Source: Chara braunii
Taxonomy: Eukaryota > Plantae > Charophyceae
DNA: 64,000 nt
Direction: 5' to 3'
NCBI GenBank assembly: GCA_003427395.1
Contig: BFEA01000031.1
Span: forward strand, 1,338,221 to 1,402,220
Notes under the pieces: generated by a model
Databases searched by the model: none
Seen by the model: the letters and a program-made list of their open reading frames with translations, nothing else
What the model was told of the DNA's origin: nothing
In this document: piece after piece, positions 25,536-37,388 of the stretch
Position numbering within the stretch: the first letter of the stretch is position 1
Layout of the letters: every line of letters starts with the position of its first letter
Made by a program: the position numbers and the translations under genes

Positions 25536-27269
25536 CTATGACTGTCTCTGTCTCCTTCTCCTCTTCTCGAGCCTCTCTCTCTTCCGTTTCCTCTCTCTTC
25601 TCTCTCGTTTGATTTTCAAGGCTCTCCTTGAGGCACTCCTCTCTCTCAATCTGCGCTTCCCTAACCGATCGGCGGCCTCTTCATCCTCTCTAGGTTTTTT
25701 CTTCTTCCCAGGGGTCTTTGGTAGGGAAGGTTTCCGAACCTTATACCCCTTCCTAGGTGGGCGAGACGAGGCCCCTTGTTTGGAGGTCTCCCCTTTTTCA
25801 TGCGTGATGGTCAACTCCGCGCCGAGCGCTTCTTTCCCTTTTCGTTTTGGCCCCTCCCCAAGGGTCCCTCTCGATCGGAAGATCTTGAGACGAACCCCTG
25901 CGATAGGGTCCCGCAGCCTACTCCCATCTAACTCCGCGAGCATATAGGCCCCCCCGTCCAATCTTTTTAGGACCTTGTATGGTCCCATCCATCGGCTTGC
26001 CAATTTTCGGCTCCAGGTCTTTTCTAGTGACGAATCGTACATCAGCACTAGGTCGTTCACCCCTATTGGAGCTCTTCGGACCCGTAGATTTTTGTCCCAT
26101 CTATCTTTCCCTTTCACCCTCTCCCTCTCGACGTTCTCACTGGCCGTGGCTACCCCGGCATCCAAGTTCTCGGCTATTTGCTATATTCGTGCTTCCAAAA
26201 ACTCACCCCTACACATGTTGGTCTTCCATGAGACACTTGTCCAAGTGTCAACGTGGAACTCAATGGATAGGGGACAATGCCTGCCGAACCAAAGGGTGTA
26301 AGGAGGGTATCCAATACTTGATCTGACCGTGATGTTGTCCGCCCAAACTGCGTACCGTAAATACTTGGGCCATTGTTCCGTGCGACCCCTACACCATTTC
26401 GCTAGGGCGTCCACAAGTGTTTGGTGTCCCCTCTCTACCAGCCCATTGCTTTCGGGGTGATAAGCGGTCGTGTAGGCTGCCCCGATCCCTGCTTTTTCTA
26501 ACAACCCCTTTACCTTTTGGTTCGAGAACTCATCTCCCCTATCCATGACTTTTCTCCCGACACACCCATACCGCGCGATATACTCTAGGAGAAAATCACT
26601 TACCTCCTCCGCCGTCTTTTTCTTAATGGCCTTGGCTTCTACGAATCTGGTGAGGTCATCCCGGGCGTTGATTATATATCGGAGACCGCCGACCCCTTTT
26701 GGCATGGTTACCAAGTTTATATGGACCTTCTCGCCCGGAACCGTGGGAAGCGACGAAACTAAGGGTTCTTTGTATCGAACCGTCACCCTCGTCTGGCAAG
26801 CTTCACAGGTAGAACAGTACTTTTCCACTTCGGTGTATTGCCCGTCCCACCAATATAGCCTACGGACCTTATCGAAAGTACCCTTCACCCCTCTATGACC
26901 CCCAACGACCCCGTCGTGCAACTCCTCTATGACCGCCCTCCTTTCCTCCGGATCGCACAGCACCCTCATGGGTATTGTGAATTTGGTGGGTCTCTTGAAG
27001 AGGTGGCCTCCCCGCAGGCAATACCCCAGCGCCTCTTGCTGGATCTTTTCAGTCCCTGTTTTCCTACCGGCCAGGTACAGTCCTATGTCTCGGTACTTTC
27101 CGTCGTAGAGATTCGCGAAAAAGGTCCTTGGGCCCCCTTCTTCCCCTCGGCTGCTCCCAGCTATTTGCGCCCTATTTGCGGCGACTTTCATTATCGCCTT
27201 TCCGGCCATTGCCTCTTCTTCCTCCTTAAGCCTAGGTAGGTCCTCCTCTCGAATGGGAAGACGGGACAA
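25536..27269 (-). pseudogene. pol: Integrase (HHCC zinc finger, DDE core, GPY/F motif, basic tail); stop at 26181
   Basis: ELHDGVVGGHRG...CSTCEAC; VHINLV (first catalytic D appears as N); VMDRGDEF; HPESNGLVER; RWMGPYKV; no chromodomain seen. Confidence 0.92.
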
Positions 27270-27296
27270 TCCATCGGCGACCTGTTTTTTTCTCCC

Positions 27297-28900
27297 CTAT
27301 ATCCTCTCGACCCTGTAGTCATAAAGCCTGATATGGATCCTCCAGCGTGCGATGGTTGGATCCGTCAATGAGAAATCCTTTTGGAGGACCGCGGCCACTG
27401 CCGTCGGGTCCACCCTTAGGAGAAAACGTCGTCCGTACAGGTAGTGACGGAAGGCTTTCAGGGAATGCAATACCCCCAACACCTCTTTCTTGAATTGACT
27501 ATAATTTCTCTCTGCGGGGTTCAAGGTACGACTCTCGAATCGCAAAGGCCTCTCTCTTCCTTCCCCATCCTTTTGTGACAGGAGACCCCCTACCGAGTAA
27601 GGTCCAGCGTCCGTGGATACTATAAACGGACGACTCTCTTCGTCTTCAAAAAACGGGACCCCTAGGACTTCTCCACCTTCGCGGAATTCCCCCTTCAAGG
27701 CTTCCATGGCCGTTGTTTGCTTTTCTCCCCAAACCCATCCTTCTGATTTCCTGAGGAGTCTTCTAAGGGGTTCCGCCTTCTCTCCATAGGCCTTTATGAA
27801 GATTCGCCAGCAACCCACAACCCCTAGAAATTGCCAGACCTCCGTTATGGATTTGAGCGGCGATGGCCAAGTCATCAACTTTACTAGCTTCTCGGGATCG
27901 GGCCTCCGCCCCTCTTTATCGCAAATGAACCCTAATATCTTGATGGAGGATATGCCCCAGCGACTCCTAGTCCCGCTTACTGTGAGGTTCGCATCGTCTA
28001 GTTTCTCAAGGACGTCTCTGACATCTTTCATATGGTCGGCCACAAACTTTCTAACCCCCGGGAAAACCTCTGTCTCATCCTGCTCGACCGGTCCTTTTAT
28101 CGGGAAATCATCCAGGAAGACCTCCACCTTCTCGGGTATGAATTCCTTGAGGACCGCGATCATGGCCCTTTGGAACACAGCTACCCCATTCGTCCAACCC
28201 ATCGGTACCACCATCATTTGAACTAGCCCTAAAGGTGTATGCATGGCGGTCATGTGCCTATCCCTGTAATCTAAGGGAATCTCGTCGTACCCTGAGAAGA
28301 GATCGCAAATAGAGTAAATCGAGCGACCAGCTGACCCTTCCGCTAGCAAGTCGGCCTCAGGTATAGATCCCACGTCTCTTATGGTGACTGCATTGGTTCT
28401 CTGGAGGTTCTGGATCCATCTTAGTTTGTTGCTACCTCCCTTCCTTAGAAAGAACCACTTATTGGAGTAGGCACTCTCGCAAGGTTCCGCGACGAATGTC
28501 CTGATATTTTCCTTGATGAAGGTCACTATCTCTTCTTTCTCCTTTTGAGCATACTACCATTGAGGTCTTTCCTTCCAAGGGACATGGGGGACCGTGTGGA
28601 TTCGGGTAGGATCAACATACCTCGGGTCGATTCTCCCTCTCTCCGAGTCGTCAAAGACAATGGCCTTATCGCAGCCCCTTAAGGTCATTGTTATGAACTT
28701 TTTTTCTTTCTCCGTGAGATTCTCATCTCCTATATCAATTTTGGCCAGTCTATCGGCCGTTATCCTTTGCCCCTCCGTCTCTTTCCTCTTCCTGATGATA
28801 TCGGCTATCTTCTCTTCCGATATCGTAACTTCCCCCGTTCTATCCCGGCTGACCGCGGCGGGTTTCACTTTCTCCGCCATGGTTTTGTGTTTCTTATCTC
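27297..28900 (-). pseudogene. pol: Reverse transcriptase plus RNase H; stops at 28554 and 27297
   Basis: SICDLFSGY, PMGWTN, VFLDDFPI, KILGF; RNase H IVSTDAG...RPLRFESRTL..AERNYS. Confidence 0.95.
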
Positions 28901-31900
28901 CGCCGGCTAGGGGGATCCCTCCAAAAAAAGACAAACTAACGCACCCACCGAACTCCTCTTCCTCGTCTTCCTTCTCGTACCCCATGCCGTTAATTACCAC
29001 CCTGTCCCCCACGTCTTCGATCTCCAATTGGTCCCCCTTGGGTCCTCTATCCGTCAAGGGCACTTCCTCTAGACAGACTCGACAAACCCTCGACTGGGCC
29101 CCCTTGCGCCTAGTAAGGCTGGTCCGGTTACGTTAATCTTGCGCGTCCACCGTCTTCAGGACCACTCCGATTCCATCAGGACTTTGGATCGAGAGAGTTT
29201 GACTTTCATCCGGCAAATCAACTGTGGTCGCATGTACCGCGCTTAGCCAAGTCTTCCCGAGGATTAATTCGGAGGAACATTCTTTCACCGTAAAGATCGG
29301 TACCGTGGCCTCCACACCAGCTACCTCAATTACGGGGCTATGACACACCCCTTCCGCCGGTTGCAGCTTGTTATCTACCATCACCATCGACATTGACACC
29401 TCTTGGTCTATCTCCAGGCCTAACTCTCGCGCGATGGAGTCCTTACATACCGTAGACTCGGACCCGTTGTCCACTAAAGCCCTCATCTTTTTCCCACTTA
29501 CCACCGCCTGGAGCTGGCCACTCCCCAGCACGTAGAGCTTCTTGGCCTCTTTCCTCGAGAAGAAATTGGCCGGCAGCTCCTCCATGGTAATGCGGGTGGC
29601 CCGCACTTCTTCCTTGGCGGGATCTTCTACTGGTACCATTGGTGCTACCGCTAGCGGGACCCTCACCTTCCTTGTGATGATTAGGAGCTCCTCTCTGACA
29701 CTTTTGCTTGCGGCCAGATACTCTAAAAGGGTGCACTGCATGGGCTGCATCAGCGTTTGCCTAAGGGGTGCTACCGTGTCTATCTCGTCCAGGGTGCACT
29801 TCATTTCGAACTTTTTGGGGCCCCTTTTCTTAGGTGATTTCGGCGAAGTGGGTTCCTCTTTCTTTTCCTCCCCTGCTTTCGCATCGGTCATTGGTTGGTC
29901 ATTATCTCCGCTTTTCACCTCCGTACTTTCCGTCACGCTTACTTGGTTCTCAAATGTCTCAGCCCCGACCTGCGGCCTCACCCTTAGGTAGGGTCTCTCC
30001 TCCTCGGCCTGTGTATCTATGAACTTGATGTTGGATACTTGGGGTTCCCTAATGGACAACCCTCCCGGTGACTCCATCATTTGGATGTGAGCCGCGCTCG
30101 AGGAGCCCCCGACCTCCGGCTTCTTTCCTAGCCTAGCCTCTTGAAGGGCCACCCTCTTATCCACGTTCACCCTCATCGATGGATAGAAGGAGACCGCCTC
30201 TCCGCTGTCTCCCCACACAACCCACTTGTTTTCATTCAACTTGACCACTCCCAATCTCAACGCCTCCGTGAGATAAGGGCAGTCCCTTTTGATGTGGTTT
30301 TCTTCGTTGCAGTAGACACACCCAGCCCGAGCTTGGGGATTGTTGGGACGCGGACCCCCTTGTGCCGTTGCTGCTATCGGCGCAGGCGCAGCCGGTAGCT
30401 GCGGTGCCAGAGGTGGTGGCGCTCTAAACTCCGGACGAGGCCCAGGGGCCCTGGCTTGAGGGGCGTCTCCCCACCTTCCATCCCTAGCATCCTTCCAATG
30501 GGAATTTCCCCAATCGGAACCACGATTCCCCCCTACTTCCTTGTCGTTCCTCCAACCTCCCTGGCCAATTGATTCGTTCCTCCATCCGGTAGGCCAGTCT
30601 CCCCACCGGGGGCCAGGCGGAGCCGGTGGTGGTCTATCGCTCCCCTTTGGACCATCGTTCCGCGTCCCTCGCATGTTGCGGAGAGCCATGTCCAAGGTCT
30701 CTTTCATGTATTCTCTTACGTCCACCCCCCCCCCTGTGAAAACCACTTCGGCTACTTTCTCGAAATTTGCAGAATCCCTCGGGGCCTTTTCAAGGACCTC
30801 CTTTCTCTTTTCCTCAGGCAGGTGTAGCATGAACATTATGCACCTGTCTACCTCGGACAACATGCCCCTATCCACTAGGGTTTGGGATAAGCGTTTGAAC
30901 CTTCGGGTGAAGGCTACCAAGCTTTCCCGCTCCCCCCTTGTAATCCGTCGCAAGCCCTCTACGGTTGGGATTAAGTCATCACAGGCAAAAGTCTGCAATA
31001 GGCTCGCCCTGAAGGTCCTCCATCGACCGTCCGAGGGGTAGATAGCCCGGATTGCGGTGTCTAATTCGGGGTCCGAGTGCTGGATAAAATAGTCGATCCA
31101 CTCCCTTTCGGAGAATCTCTTGCGGTACGCGTAACTTTCTCATTTCTCCACAAACCCAGTTACATCTCGCCCATCGAAAAAAAGCGCCTCTAGACCCAGG
31201 TTGACGTCATAATAGGGCACCCGTCGGTCGTCATATCGGCGAAAATAGAGACCTTCCATAGGTCCATCGGTTGCCGGATCGTACGGCCTATACCACGAGG
31301 GATCGGTCTCCTCTACCCGGCCTCGAGGTCTTGATGATTCCCAGGGGTCTTCCCCATAGCGACTCTGCTCATCTAGCCAATCTGCTTCCCACCGAGCGAG
31401 GTCCCTCTAAAACTCCTCCGGGGCTCCATCCCTTGACTCCTGCCTATTATCTCGCCAGTTGCCCAAGCCGCATCTGCCTCTCTCACGGCCCATCTACATG
31501 ACCTACTTCCAGCCTCCATTGGCCTCTTTTCCCTAAGACCCCTTCTACTTGGCCCCCCTTCCTCTTCTCTCTAGAGTGGCTTGTACCCCCCCCTATCTCT
31601 TGGGAGTTCCAGGGTTTCTCCCATTCTTGCGTCCGGCAAATCCCCCCATCGAGATTCTATAGGAAGGCCCCTCGAGCCCTCGGTTGCCCCCTCTCTTACT
31701 GACATTCTCATTTCCACACCAGATCTCGGGCCTACCAAGCCCTGCCTTTCACTGGTGACCCCCTCCGGGATCCTCTCGACCCATCTCCTCCCCTCTCTCA
31801 AGTCCCTCCTGTCTTGACACTCCTCTTCTTCTCCCCTAAGTGGCCGATACCCTTGTCTATCCCTAGGGAAATCCCTTGTCCCCTCTAGCCTTGCTTCCGC

Positions 31901-32215
31901 ATCAATTAGGTCCGCCCACCGGGACTCCACCGGAACGCCTCTCGTGGCTTCGGCTACCCCCTCGTTCACCATCACCCGCGGCCCCACATCCCTGTGCACT
32001 CTCACCTCCGCGTCAGCCCTTTGCCCCTCTGTGGCTTGTCTCTCTCCCAGAGCCATTTCTGGGACCCCTTCGGCCCTATCAAGCGTCTCCTTCCCCTCAG
32101 TCATTTCTTCCACTACCTTGCTTAGACTGGCCCCCAACTCAAGGCTCTTCACTATCCCCCTTCGTTCAGTGGTTTCCGGCAGACCAGGGAGACCAGCCCC
32201 CGCTTCACTCTCCAT
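28901..32215 (-). pseudogene. gag: gag-protease of element C (capsid-like region, CCHC zinc knuckle, aspartic protease) with several stops or frameshifts; true start uncertain
   Basis: LFFDGRDVTGF capsid motif near 31190; CVYCNEENHIKRDC; ALVDNGSE; ELILGKTWL; the TAA at 29133 is in frame with the downstream ORF. Confidence 0.88.
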
Positions 32216-32469
32216 GCACCCTTACCTGCTACTTCTAGTCGCCTCCCTCACTACCGTACGTGTCACTACCCCGCTCTCCCTCTTCACCACTGTCTCTGTT
32301 ACTTCCCGAGCGCTTCTCCTCCTCTGTTCCCCCCTCCTCCTCACTAGAACCCTCGTTCGCACCGTCTCTCTCCGACTCCTCACTGGTTACTGTCCGCCAA
32401 GCATCTCTCAGTTTCTTCTCCTCACTGGCGGCCAATGCAAGATTAGCGACCTCTAGGTCCGAGATGCCT

Positions 32470-33126
32470 CTAACCCCATTCTTGCGCACATCTCTTAATC
32501 AAATCCCTGTCCACATCACCAGGCTGCCCGGAGAATGGAGGCTTGATGAACTCCCCAACGCGTGCCCACCACTCGAAATCGGTGTCCTCTCTCGACTCCC
32601 AGCACTGGGTGAATAACTCGTGTCCCCCTCCCTCGCCCAGTGGGAATTTTTCTATCACTTGACTCCTCAATCGGACTCTCCTCGCGGTCTCGTCGTCCTT
32701 ATAGAGTAGTCGATAGGCCCAGGTAGGGATATTCCAAGTCCTTCCGTGGCCTGCTCTCAGAACCTCTTCCCTCCCTCGGTATTCTACCTTATTAAATACG
32801 GGTCCCCCGGTACCGACCCTTCTCAACCTCTATACTCGTTCTAGGGCTTTTTCGGCGATGCCTAGAGGGTCTTTCTCTTCCGCTAATTTAGTTGCGAAGA
32901 CCAGCTGGGCGTCAGGGGACAAAACGATTTCCGCTTTTCTAGTGCAGCCGTTCTCGTCGGAGGTCACTGAGAATCTGACCACCGTCTCCTGCTCGTAAAT
33001 CTCAAAGAACTCGGTAGTCACATCGCCTTCTCCTCTAACCCTAGGAAGAGTCACTCCATATTTCCCTGCCCACGTAAAAACCCTCTCTATGGTGTCGTAA
33101 GGGTCCCCCCTTTCGTATTTAATCAT
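32470..33126 (-). pseudogene. Element C accessory ORF (about 215 aa, one in-frame TAG at 32830), unknown
   Basis: ORFs 32830-33186 and 32470-32826 are contiguous in frame; ATG at 33126. Confidence 0.5.
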
Positions 33127-33134
33127 AGGGGTTC

Positions 33135-33804
33135 TCACCTCACACCTGCTAACCGCTCGGCGGCTTCGACCAAGGAGTCTTCGCACCTAGCTCGACCCGT
33201 CCCCCTATCCCCCCTTAGGGTTTGGCGCAAAGCCTCTTCATATTCGCTCGCCCTATCCCAAAACCGAGTCTCCACAAGGTGTGTCCTAGACGTCAGTGAC
33301 GTTCCTAGACATCTTGAGTCCTCCTCGAACTTTCTCTCTACTTCCAGCAAAGACTCTCTCCAAGTCCTCGAGAATCTCACGCCACTTGCGTCTCTAATAT
33401 GGACCGAAAAGATAGCTAGTGTGGTTCAGTTCCTTCTCTTCCACAAAGCCAGCCTCCGGACTTCCACTAGAAACTCCGTCTCGGCGCGGACTATCCGGTC
33501 CTCCCCCAATTCCGGGCTAAGCTCGGCACCCCCCTCGATCCTAACCTCGCTCCCGTCCTCGTAGGTCTCTAGTTCCCAGCGAATCCTGTTTGAAACGAAA
33601 GAGGCTCTCATCCCCTTACGCCAAGAGAAGGTCTATCGTGACCTCGTCGAGGATCGCGATCGTGGCTGCCTCTAGTAGCTTGATTCTTGCCAAGGACCCT
33701 GGCCTAGCCCTCCTTTCTTCTTCCCAGCACAGAGCAAGGATCCGCTGAACTTCGTCCCTCACTCTATTCAACCCCACGAGCCCCTCAAGGTCCGGCTCGG
33801 TCAT
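33135..33804 (-). pseudogene. Element C accessory ORF(s), fragmented
   Basis: Three short consecutive sense ORFs; the first ATG overlaps the end of 33785-34537. Confidence 0.4.
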
Positions 33805-34537
33805 CCCTTAATTTCCGTCGACGACAGGCTATAGCTACCCGAATCAAGTCAGAGGGGTCTAACCCTGCTAGCTCTCCCTCACAGATCTTGCCTAAATATC
33901 TCCACGATATCTTAGATTCTCTCGCGTGTTGACCCCACCCCTCAAAAGCGTAACCCAGGTCCTCTAGGGTCGACCAATCGTCCCTACAGGGGTCCCGAAA
34001 ACACCAAGTCAGCAAGGTGTGTAGGTCTGATCCCGTGAACCTGAACTGACATAGGATGGAAACCCTTCTTCCCACCGCCTTCTTAACAGCCTCGGAGGGG
34101 TAGACCTGCTCAAAAATGGGAACCTCCACATGCTTACAGGAGAGGAACCGCGGTATCTCTTCCCAACCCCCGTAGGTCACTAGATATTCCTCTTCGCACC
34201 CCTCGTGAGGTCCCAATCCCTTCACTAACTCCTCTAACTGGCCCCTTACGGCTTGAGCGTCCCAGAGAGGGTCCTGCCCAGTCCGTAGGCTACGCGCTAT
34301 CTCAACAAAGCCTTCCTCCGAGAGGAATATCCTGGCTTCTCCAACCACAACTTGTCCCTGGCGACTCACCACGAAGCGTACGAACGCCTTCCCTCGTCGG
34401 GTCCCCCCTTCCTCTCGTAGGAGAGTCCTCGCCGGTTCGGCCAGGCAGGCCCTAGGCAGAGTGAGTCTAATAACCTCCCCGGTATCCTTTACTGGTTCTA
34501 TGGACGCCCAAGGAGTCCTTGGAATCCTTCTTATCAT
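33785..34537 (-). CDS. Element C accessory ORF, family 3 (250 aa)
   Basis: EARIFLSEEGFVEIARSLRTG...EEIPR...VPIF matches the paralogs. Confidence 0.65.
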   Translation of the reverse strand: MIRRIPRTPWASIEPVKDTGEVIRLTLPRACLAEPARTLLREEGGTRRGKAFVRFVVSRQGQVVVGEARIFLSEEGFVEIARSLRTGQDPLWDAQAVRGQLEELVKGLGPHEGCEEEYLVTYGGWEEIPRFLSCKHVEVPIFEQVYPSEAVKKAVGRRVSILCQFRFTGSDLHTLLTWCFRDPCRDDWSTLEDLGYAFEGWGQHARESKISWRYLGKICEGELAGLDPSDLIRVAIACRRRKLRDDRAGP

Positions 34538-35277
34538 TGGCGCTTAAAACCCCTCCGGTTTGCCACCTGCTCCTCTTCGAAGAAGCGAGCCTACGGGACG
34601 TCCGCGACGAGGGTTCGGAGTCGCTCAAACTCCCTCAATCTCCCAAATATGGTGGATAGTTCACCCCTTGGGGGAACTCCCGCATCCACGCACCGAGTAT
34701 AAAGCCAAAACAAACCCCTATCCCGCACCCCGGATTCTCGAGCAGCCTTAAGCACCGCTACTATTTTCTCTTCCGGGTCCCTTAAGAACGAACTGGCCAC
34801 GAACTGGGGCAAGTTAGGGTGAAGGACCCCGAAAGCGCGAGGGACCTCTCCGGGCTCGGCGAAGGAAACTAGGGACCACAACTCGAAAGTCCCCTCCTCG
34901 TAATCTGTTAACACCAGGTTGTTTTCCAACAGCCTGGCGGACTCTCGGTACTCAAAGTGCGTAAGCCGCCCGGTCACCGAACCCCTCCAGACCTCGGTCC
35001 ACCTCTCCTCGTCGAAAAAAATGGTGGCTCGGATTTCTAGGAAGCGACCGATGTCGGGTGGGCCTCCTCTCTCCACACCCTCTTTCCGAGTGAGCCTTCG
35101 CGCTCGAACCCACACGTAGGCCCCTTCTCTGATTAATCCCCCTTTCTCAACACTCATCCAATAGGGAGTCACCTGAGGGTCTCCTGGGATCAAGACCTTC
35201 TCGGGATCACCGGCCTCTATCGATTCTACCACCCCTTCTTCACTGAGGACGAACTTCACCATCGGCTTTCGTTGCAC
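34534..35277 (-). pseudogene. Element C accessory ORF, family 3 (probable premature TAG at 34591)
   Basis: YVWVRA...IRATIFFDEERW...GEVPR...LPQF...LFWLYTRCVD; read-through ends in an ATGA overlap with the next ORF. Confidence 0.65.
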
Positions 35278-35926
35278 TAAAGACCCACTTGTGATAATCT
35301 TCCGGAGAGAGAGTGTAGGTCTTCTCTAAGGAACCCAGTCTATGGAAAATACCCCAGAGTCTCCTGCGCGGCAGAATACCTTGATCGATGTAGTGCGTAT
35401 AGAGTACCCACAGGGCCCAGACGGTAAGACCCAAACCCCTACCTCTCTCTAGAAGACGCACTATCTTTTCCTCGTTTGCCCTAGCGAACAGGTAAGACGG
35501 CACCCTCAGATTCAAGGGGTATCTTGACCTTGGAAGCTCTTCCTTCCTCGTGAACCTCTCCTTTTCCACGGGTACGAATGCAAATCGCTCTCTAACCCTG
35601 CCTATCCATTCACCTCTTACCTCTCTCGCTTCCCGCAACAGTCTTTCCAGCCCACCCCCTTGNCCCAGAANTAGGGGTACAACAAGTTTTGNNCAGGCTT
35701 TCGGNGCTACGTAAATAACCGNGGTCACTTCAAGGCTCCGTCCAACACCTCGGCCTTCTACTTCCTTGGACTCCACCCACACAAATTCCCCACTGACCGT
35801 GGACCGGCCCTCCTCTACTCTTTCCCAATCAGGGACTTCCCNGTTGCTAGGGATCANCCTAAGGGCCTCACTGTCCTCTAATGGGGACTCTAAGAAGCAC
35901 CCCTGCTTTTTATCTCGGAACACCAT
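35240..35926 (-). CDS. Element C accessory ORF, family 3 (228 aa)
   Basis: FVWVES...EVTXVIYV...EELPR...VPSY...LWVLYTHYID. Confidence 0.65.
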   Translation of the reverse strand: MVFRDKKQGCFLESPLEDSEALRXIPSNXEVPDWERVEEGRSTVSGEFVWVESKEVEGRGVGRSLEVTXVIYVXPKAXXKLVVPLXLXQGGGLERLLREAREVRGEWIGRVRERFAFVPVEKERFTRKEELPRSRYPLNLRVPSYLFARANEEKIVRLLERGRGLGLTVWALWVLYTHYIDQGILPRRRLWGIFHRLGSLEKTYTLSPEDYHKWVFSATKADGEVRPQ

Positions 35927-35930
35927 TCAT

Positions 35931-36497
35931 CTAAAAGACCCTCTGCGGCACCCCGAAGACCCTTTGATAACCGTGGTCTCTTCCTCCCTCGCGGTCCCGG
36001 GTGGACTCCCTAAGGATCCCGGCACGAATCCTACAAGCCTTGATCCCGTATGGCACCGGGTTATCTACGCAATAGGAGTAGTACCAATGGAGTGACCTAA
36101 CAGAGAGCTGCCAACCTCTTTCCCGCGCTATGGACCGCACTACCCTGTCGTATCGTTCCTCCTTCCCGCTCACCCTTCGAAAAACAAATGATGGGAATAT
36201 GGTCCTGACGCACCCTGTGGCACGAGGGTACTCCTCGTCCCGGGCGCAGGTCACCCTCACCTCGACGGGTGGGCAGTGTCTAAGGGGGTCAGCCTCAAAG
36301 ATCTGCCTCAAAATCGGTCCCGCCCGTGTTTCCCAATGATCCGCATGGTACCACCCCAGGACCAAATGAGTGACGTACTCGACCCAAGCTTCCTTACTCA
36401 AGTAGACTGTTCCTTCCGCACGGATCACTGTTCGCCTGGGTCTCTTCCAGTTCTGGGGCTGGTTTCGGGACCACCTGTCCCCCTCCCAAGTCCCCAC
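35931..36497 (-). CDS. Element C accessory ORF, family 3 (at least 188 aa; start uncertain)
   Basis: AEGTVYLSKEAW...LVLG...EEYPR...FPSF...LHWYYSYCVD. Confidence 0.6.
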   Translation of the reverse strand: MGTWEGDRWSRNQPQNWKRPRRTVIRAEGTVYLSKEAWVEYVTHLVLGWYHADHWETRAGPILRQIFEADPLRHCPPVEVRVTCARDEEYPRATGCVRTIFPSFVFRRVSGKEERYDRVVRSIARERGWQLSVRSLHWYYSYCVDNPVPYGIKACRIRAGILRESTRDREGGRDHGYQRVFGVPQRVF

Positions 36498-36666
36498 TGC
36501 GAAACGAGCCTAGAGAAACCCCCCCCTCTCTAGCTCTACCCCTCTCTCGCGACCGGCTAGATACCGCTCCGTGCGGTGGTCTAAAGGGACGCTGAAGCAC
36601 TCTCGGTCTTTGCTTAAGTCAGCTTTCTCAATCCGAACCCCTTCCTCTTCGGTACCCTCTAGGATT

Positions 36667-37083
36667 CTAACCATCCCCGAGGACTATCTCCTCTATGATT
36701 TGAACTAGCGCTCTCCACTCGTCCGACCCGTCCAGGAAGGCGTCCGGAATAGCGGGGGCTGGTCTACCCTCTCGCGGATACGTCCGGCACCCCAACGAGT
36801 AGAAATAGTTAATTTCGTAAGCCCCTAGCAGCTGCCTCTCAAGCTGCGCGTGACCGATCGCCTCTTCCCAGCTATCCAAATATCCCACCGCTCTATCTAC
36901 TCCCTCTTCCACGTACAAGGCTATGTCGAAGTGCCCGGTCCACCAGTAGAAGGTATAGCACCAAAAATCTACTCCGCCTATATCCCCCACACTGATCCCC
37001 GCGGGCTCAAATTCCAAAGGCCTCAAGCTCATGGATCCGCCGCTCTCATTATACGCTTTACTATCCCTACTAGTACTTTCCAT
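36667..37083 (-). CDS. Element C accessory ORF, family 1 (likely start MSLRP near 37032)
   Basis: Tandem paralog of 37029-37388; ATGA overlap with it. Confidence 0.7.
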   Translation of the reverse strand: MESTSRDSKAYNESGGSMSLRPLEFEPAGISVGDIGGVDFWCYTFYWWTGHFDIALYVEEGVDRAVGYLDSWEEAIGHAQLERQLLGAYEINYFYSLGCRTYPREGRPAPAIPDAFLDGSDEWRALVQIIEEIVLGDG

Positions 37084-37388
37084 CCATCCGACCCATCAAG
37101 ATAAGCGTCCGGAATTACCGGCGCCGGGCGACCACCTCTCAGGTAGGTACGATATCCTAGAGAGTAGAAATACTTGAATCCGTAACCCCTTAACTCCTCC
37201 CGCGAACAGCGGGAGTCACCTATCGCCTCTTCCCACCCCCGAAGGAAGTCCTCTCCTTGATCTTGCCCCTCTTCCACATAAACACCTACATCAAAGTCCC
37301 CAGTCCATAGTCTAAAGGAATAACACCACACGTCAACACTTCCATGGGTACACACACTAATCCATTCGGGAGTGGCTTCTAGGCTCAT
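37029..37388 (-). CDS. Element C accessory ORF, family 1 (119 aa)
   Basis: VDVWCYSF..WTGDFDVGVYVEEG...WEEAIG...FYSLGYRTY..GRPAPVIPDAYLDGSDGW. Confidence 0.7.
   Translation of the reverse strand: MSLEATPEWISVCTHGSVDVWCYSFRLWTGDFDVGVYVEEGQDQGEDFLRGWEEAIGDSRCSREELRGYGFKYFYSLGYRTYLRGGRPAPVIPDAYLDGSDGWKVLVGIVKRIMRAADP

Noticed and set aside
25536-25850. Chromodomain or env gene after integrase
   Set aside because: The tail is K/R-rich low complexity; only about 300 bp remain before the PPT
25609-32616. Plus-strand ORFs overlapping gag-pol of element C
   Set aside because: Antisense shadows of a purine-rich coding strand with no independent motifs
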